64,000 nt of DNA from Gemmatimonadota bacterium (lineage in GTDB: Bacteria; JBHIER01; G020348925): assembly GCA_020348925.1 (NCBI GenBank), contig CP070758.1, positions 638,469 through 702,468 on the forward strand, read 5' to 3'. The first letter of the stretch is position 1. Every line of letters begins with the position of its first letter. The position numbers were made by a program, and so were the translations under genes. The notes under the pieces are model-generated. The model did not search any database. It had not been told where the DNA came from and worked only from the letters and a program-made list of their open reading frames with translations. Of the stretch, positions 60,472-64,000 are shown one piece after another.

Positions 60472-62460
60472 TCACTTCATTAACAGCATCCGTTTGACAG
60501 CGGCAAAGTCGCTGGTTTGGAGACGATAGAAGTACACTCCACTTCCAACAGCCTGCCCCATGGCATCCTCTCCATCCCAGGTGACGATGTAGGACCCAGA
60601 CTCTTGCACCTCATCCACCAAAGTCCGCACCTCCTGACCGAGAAGATTGAAAATTTTCAGAGTGATACGGACGGGAGAGCTACCGTCTGGTATCTGATAT
60701 CTCATATCTGTGGTCTGATTGAAGGGATTCGGAGAGTTCTGCTCAAGCTCAAACTCCACCGGGGCCATGGTTACGGATTTGACGAGAGCCATCAATCTGA
60801 TAAAATCTTGGTTCGGGAGGAAAAGTTCCAGCGACTCAAAATACTCCATCACTTCTGCTGTTATGATGGGCTTGCAGGGTATCGGACCACCTGGACACTC
60901 CGGAATGATTTCCAAGATAACGTTGACAATACTCAACGCATCAAGAATGTTTATACTTTCATCCCCATTGCAATCCCCCCAAAAGAGTGCATCGCCGGTT
61001 AAGGGAGCCGTACCCAATATGTGGCCAATGACGGCAATAATATCTAAAATGTCTATCATCCCGTCACACACGGCATCACCTCGAACGCACACGACGGTTT
61101 TGTACATGACGGTCGCAAAGTCCTCACACGTATTTGTATCACCATAACTCAAACCGGTCACACACACATTTCCTTCGCTGTCAAGGGCCAAAGCACACGC
61201 TTCATCCCAGTAGGAATCAGGACCGTCGTAACGAATCACCCATTCCTGTTCCCCATCAGATTCATATTTTATTGTTGTGTAGTCCTCCGATTCCGGGTTC
61301 GAATCAGAACAACTCCCACCGGTCACATAGACGTCACCCATTGCGTCGATTCCAATGGCAAGGGCAGCATCGTCGGCATGCCCAGGACCGTCGTGACGAC
61401 CTACCCACTGCTCTTCACCGGAGGTGTTGTATTTGATCGTCGTATAATCCCAGGACGTCCCGGATCCCATGCTCAATCCTGTCACATAGACGTCCCCGGT
61501 TCCATCCGATTCTAATGCCAGGGCAATATCATCACCATTACCCGTCCCATCATATCGTGCAACCCATTGCTCCTCACCTGTTCCGCTGTATTTGATCGTC
61601 ACATAATCCAGGCCGGTACCATCGCCTTCGCTCGTCCCGGACACGATAACACTGCCCTCATCATCGAGGACGATGCCATAAGCCCTGTCGCATTCTCCCG
61701 CCGGACCGTCATAGTCGGCCACCCATTCCTCATTTCCTCCGGAGGTATATTTCAACGTGACACAATCAAAACTCTGGCCGGTATCATCGGTCGTGAGCTG
61801 TGTCCAGCCGCCAATATAGACGTTTCCCAGGGCATCGATTGCCATCGCACGGGCCTCACTCGAGTGTGCCGACGTTTTACTGTAGCGGTTCACCCATAGT
61901 TGGTTGCCTGATCCGTCGTATTTCACAACCGTGATATCGGAAGAGCCTGAGGCACCTATGCCGGCACCTACGACATACAGGCTGCCATCGTCATGCACCG
62001 CCAAATCGAATGGTTCGTCCCAACCGCTTCCCGGACCGTCATACCGAGCAACCCACTGCTGAACCCCCGAACCGTTATATTTGATGGTCGTAAAGTCCGT
62101 AGAGGTGCCGGAATCCTCGCTCCATCCGGTTATGTAGATATTCCCGGTCGCATCCAGCGCGATGGCACTGGCCATGTCCTCGCCACCGCCTGTTCCATCG
62201 TAGCGAGAGACCCATTGCTGGACACCGGAAGCATCGTATTTCATTGTGGTGAAGTCGTAACCATTGGCACCGACACTCCCGCCGGTCACATACACATTAT
62301 CGTTCGCATCCAGGGCGATGGCGCTGGCTTTATCGTCACCACTCCCGCTGCCGTTGTAACGAGCCACCCACTCCTGCCTGACCTGCGCATATCCGGACAC
62401 TGCGATAACGATGCATACCAGGGCTGCTATCTTCAAAACGCTCTGCCCCTTCATTGTCAT
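60472..62460 (-). CDS. Secreted SBBP-type beta-propeller protein with dockerin and T9SS type A sorting domain
   Basis: About 8 repeats of WVARYDG...D.A.AIA.D..GNVYVTG...DYTTIKY; GDAVCDGMIDILD and GDCNGDESINILD; QNSPNPFN...SGVYFYRL...KRMLLMK. Confidence 0.9.
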   Translation of the reverse strand: MTMKGQSVLKIAALVCIVIAVSGYAQVRQEWVARYNGSGSGDDKASAIALDANDNVYVTGGSVGANGYDFTTMKYDASGVQQWVSRYDGTGGGEDMASAIALDATGNIYITGWSEDSGTSTDFTTIKYNGSGVQQWVARYDGPGSGWDEPFDLAVHDDGSLYVVGAGIGASGSSDITVVKYDGSGNQLWVNRYSKTSAHSSEARAMAIDALGNVYIGGWTQLTTDDTGQSFDCVTLKYTSGGNEEWVADYDGPAGECDRAYGIVLDDEGSVIVSGTSEGDGTGLDYVTIKYSGTGEEQWVARYDGTGNGDDIALALESDGTGDVYVTGLSMGSGTSWDYTTIKYNTSGEEQWVGRHDGPGHADDAALAIGIDAMGDVYVTGGSCSDSNPESEDYTTIKYESDGEQEWVIRYDGPDSYWDEACALALDSEGNVCVTGLSYGDTNTCEDFATVMYKTVVCVRGDAVCDGMIDILDIIAVIGHILGTAPLTGDALFWGDCNGDESINILDALSIVNVILEIIPECPGGPIPCKPIITAEVMEYFESLELFLPNQDFIRLMALVKSVTMAPVEFELEQNSPNPFNQTTDMRYQIPDGSSPVRITLKIFNLLGQEVRTLVDEVQESGSYIVTWDGEDAMGQAVGSGVYFYRLQTSDFAAVKRMLLMK

Positions 62461-63347
62461 CTCCCCTTTCGTGCTTGTATCTGACGTTTCATATCTTCCA
62501 CCTTCTGTCGAATGACCCGAGGATAGTCCCACCTCTCCGAGCCTTCGTAGGTCTGCAAGAAGTGCTCGTACGCCTCAACCGCCTTTTCCAGCTCGCCTTG
62601 GCCTGCATAGGCGTCGCCCAGTGTCAGGTAGATCATATCGTGCTCGCGAGAAAGCTTACCCAGTGCCAATTGTGCAAATTTCAGTGCTTCGTCATACTCT
62701 TTTTTGGCCAAGGAGTACTCGGCGCGCTCGTAGTGTACGACTGCTCTCTCATCGTCGGTTTCAGGCTCTTCAATGTACAGGATCGATGTGTCGGGTTCGG
62801 CCTCAGGGTATGATCCCGTCACCCTGTAATCACCCGGTGAGAGTTGTTCGGTCAATTCGGGTGGAATGCGCAGGCTCACTGATATGGGTACTTTTCCCAA
62901 AATCACGGGTTCGTCGTCGACTGACTCCGGTTCTTCCAGGAGTTCATCCCACCGAACCGCTTGCAGAACGGGCATCCGCTCCGGTTTGATCCTCTCGATA
63001 GTCAGTTCCACCCTTGAAAACCACTCGATATTGTTTTCAGACACCCTCATCAACAAACTCGGTTGTGCGACAAACTCCGAAAAGTCCGGTACTTCCCTTC
63101 CTTCCTTCTCGGCCTCCCTGGCTTGCTCCCGCCACCTTCTCTTGGCCTCCTCCTCCGCACGGCGCACCTGGGCATTGACCAAGGTGACGTTCAGGGAAAT
63201 GGGCATTCCCCGGAGAAATGTCGTCTCACCACCTCGGGTCCGTACATTGAAATGCAAAGACAGGGGGAGCTCCTCAGAGGCAAAAGCGGAACCACAGTGA
63301 AGAGTGATCCCTCCGACTGCAAGTAAAAGTTTGATAACCTGTTTCAT
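62457..63347 (-). CDS. Secreted protein with C-terminal TPR
   Basis: RBS GGGAGG; signal peptide; YLTLGDAYAGQGELEKAVEAYEHFL TPR; ATGA overlap with the next gene. Confidence 0.8.
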   Translation of the reverse strand: MKQVIKLLLAVGGITLHCGSAFASEELPLSLHFNVRTRGGETTFLRGMPISLNVTLVNAQVRRAEEEAKRRWREQAREAEKEGREVPDFSEFVAQPSLLMRVSENNIEWFSRVELTIERIKPERMPVLQAVRWDELLEEPESVDDEPVILGKVPISVSLRIPPELTEQLSPGDYRVTGSYPEAEPDTSILYIEEPETDDERAVVHYERAEYSLAKKEYDEALKFAQLALGKLSREHDMIYLTLGDAYAGQGELEKAVEAYEHFLQTYEGSERWDYPRVIRQKVEDMKRQIQARKGR

Positions 63348-63374
63348 CGCTGCCTCCCTTCAACGAAATCAGTA

Positions 63375-64000
63375 TTAATCGGCATCGTCAATTCTGATAG
63401 TCACTCGACATACATTACAGTATCCGAAATTGCAGACGGGTAGTGTTGGCGACCAGTCGTCATCGCCAGAGCGCCAAAACGCCCCCCGCGGATTCCAGGC
63501 CAAGGCTACCGATCGCCATATTTCATAAAAGGGGTAGCGCATGACACACTGTCTGTCTCCACCCACCGACTCCTCATCACTATTACCAGTCCATGGTCGA
63601 CTGTTCACATCGATCCACCCATCAGCGGCACTTCCTGGTGCATGTCGAATCGGAACACGCTGTTGGGGGTGGTGTTCGAGACTTATCCCGTGGCCCGTTT
63701 CGTGGCCAATAATATCCCTGATTGTTTCGTCTCTGCGTCCGGTTCCGTTGTAGAAGAACCAGGCCGCCCCTCTTTGCCTGCCGGCACCGTACCGGAACGT
63801 TGGATTTGACATATCGACGGTGCAGGCAGCTCTTATATTGTTTTCATAAATCTCTACTCTGCCTGCAGATCTCGGCGGTCCGATGGGAAGGGCCTCACCA
63901 CCCATATTATCCCTGCACAGTCCCCAATTGCCTCTGCGGCCGTCGCCACCACCGACAGCGCGCCACAGACCGTGTTGATCGACTTTGGTGTGGCTCGTAC
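63375..64000 (-). CDS. C-terminal zinc-metallopeptidase domain of a larger protein starting outside the window
   Basis: Frame open to the window edge; HETGHGISLEH motif; CVMRY Met-turn-like; terminal CxxC. Confidence 0.75.
   Translation of the reverse strand, partial: TSHTKVDQHGLWRAVGGGDGRRGNWGLCRDNMGGEALPIGPPRSAGRVEIYENNIRAACTVDMSNPTFRYGAGRQRGAAWFFYNGTGRRDETIRDIIGHETGHGISLEHHPQQRVPIRHAPGSAADGWIDVNSRPWTGNSDEESVGGDRQCVMRYPFYEIWRSVALAWNPRGAFWRSGDDDWSPTLPVCNFGYCNVCRVTIRIDDAD

Noticed and set aside
1-64000. CRISPR array, transposase, reverse transcriptase/DGR or rRNA
   Set aside because: No regularly spaced repeat-spacer array or diagnostic protein motifs were seen; repeats found are intragenic domain repeats or isolated palindromes.

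Overview
The window is seven contigs of a draft or metagenome-assembled genome joined by six 100-N spacers (8487-8586, 14095-14194, 19207-19306, 29601-29700, 35514-35613, 42643-42742), so adjacency across gaps means nothing. Gene content (T9SS/FlgD-type C-terminal sorting domains, a PorV/PorQ-family barrel, a TonB-dependent receptor, dockerin and cohesin modules, many Hanks-type kinases) points to an FCB-superphylum candidate lineage such as KSB1; this is inference. Ordinary features include glnA, two NSS transporters, a sigma54 activator, tRNA-Arg(CCT), tricorn protease, aminopeptidase C and a serine hydrolase. The most interesting signals are: (1) two independent loci pair a secreted phage-tail-fibre-like protein with a small partner carrying a shared N-terminal domain plus a dockerin, alongside giant cohesin-bearing CTD proteins, suggesting a cellulosome-like surface assembly with no recognisable carbohydrate-active enzymes; (2) a promoter-to-terminator structured RNA upstream of one fibre gene; (3) an in-frame TGA followed by a hairpin inside a TBDR/CTD/PorV cassette; (4) a selenium/sulfur cluster with a collapsed double-cubane reductase/activator remnant; (5) a translationally coupled array of at least 4 Ser/Thr kinases; (6) several REP-like palindrome families. 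All family assignments come from motif recognition, not database searches.
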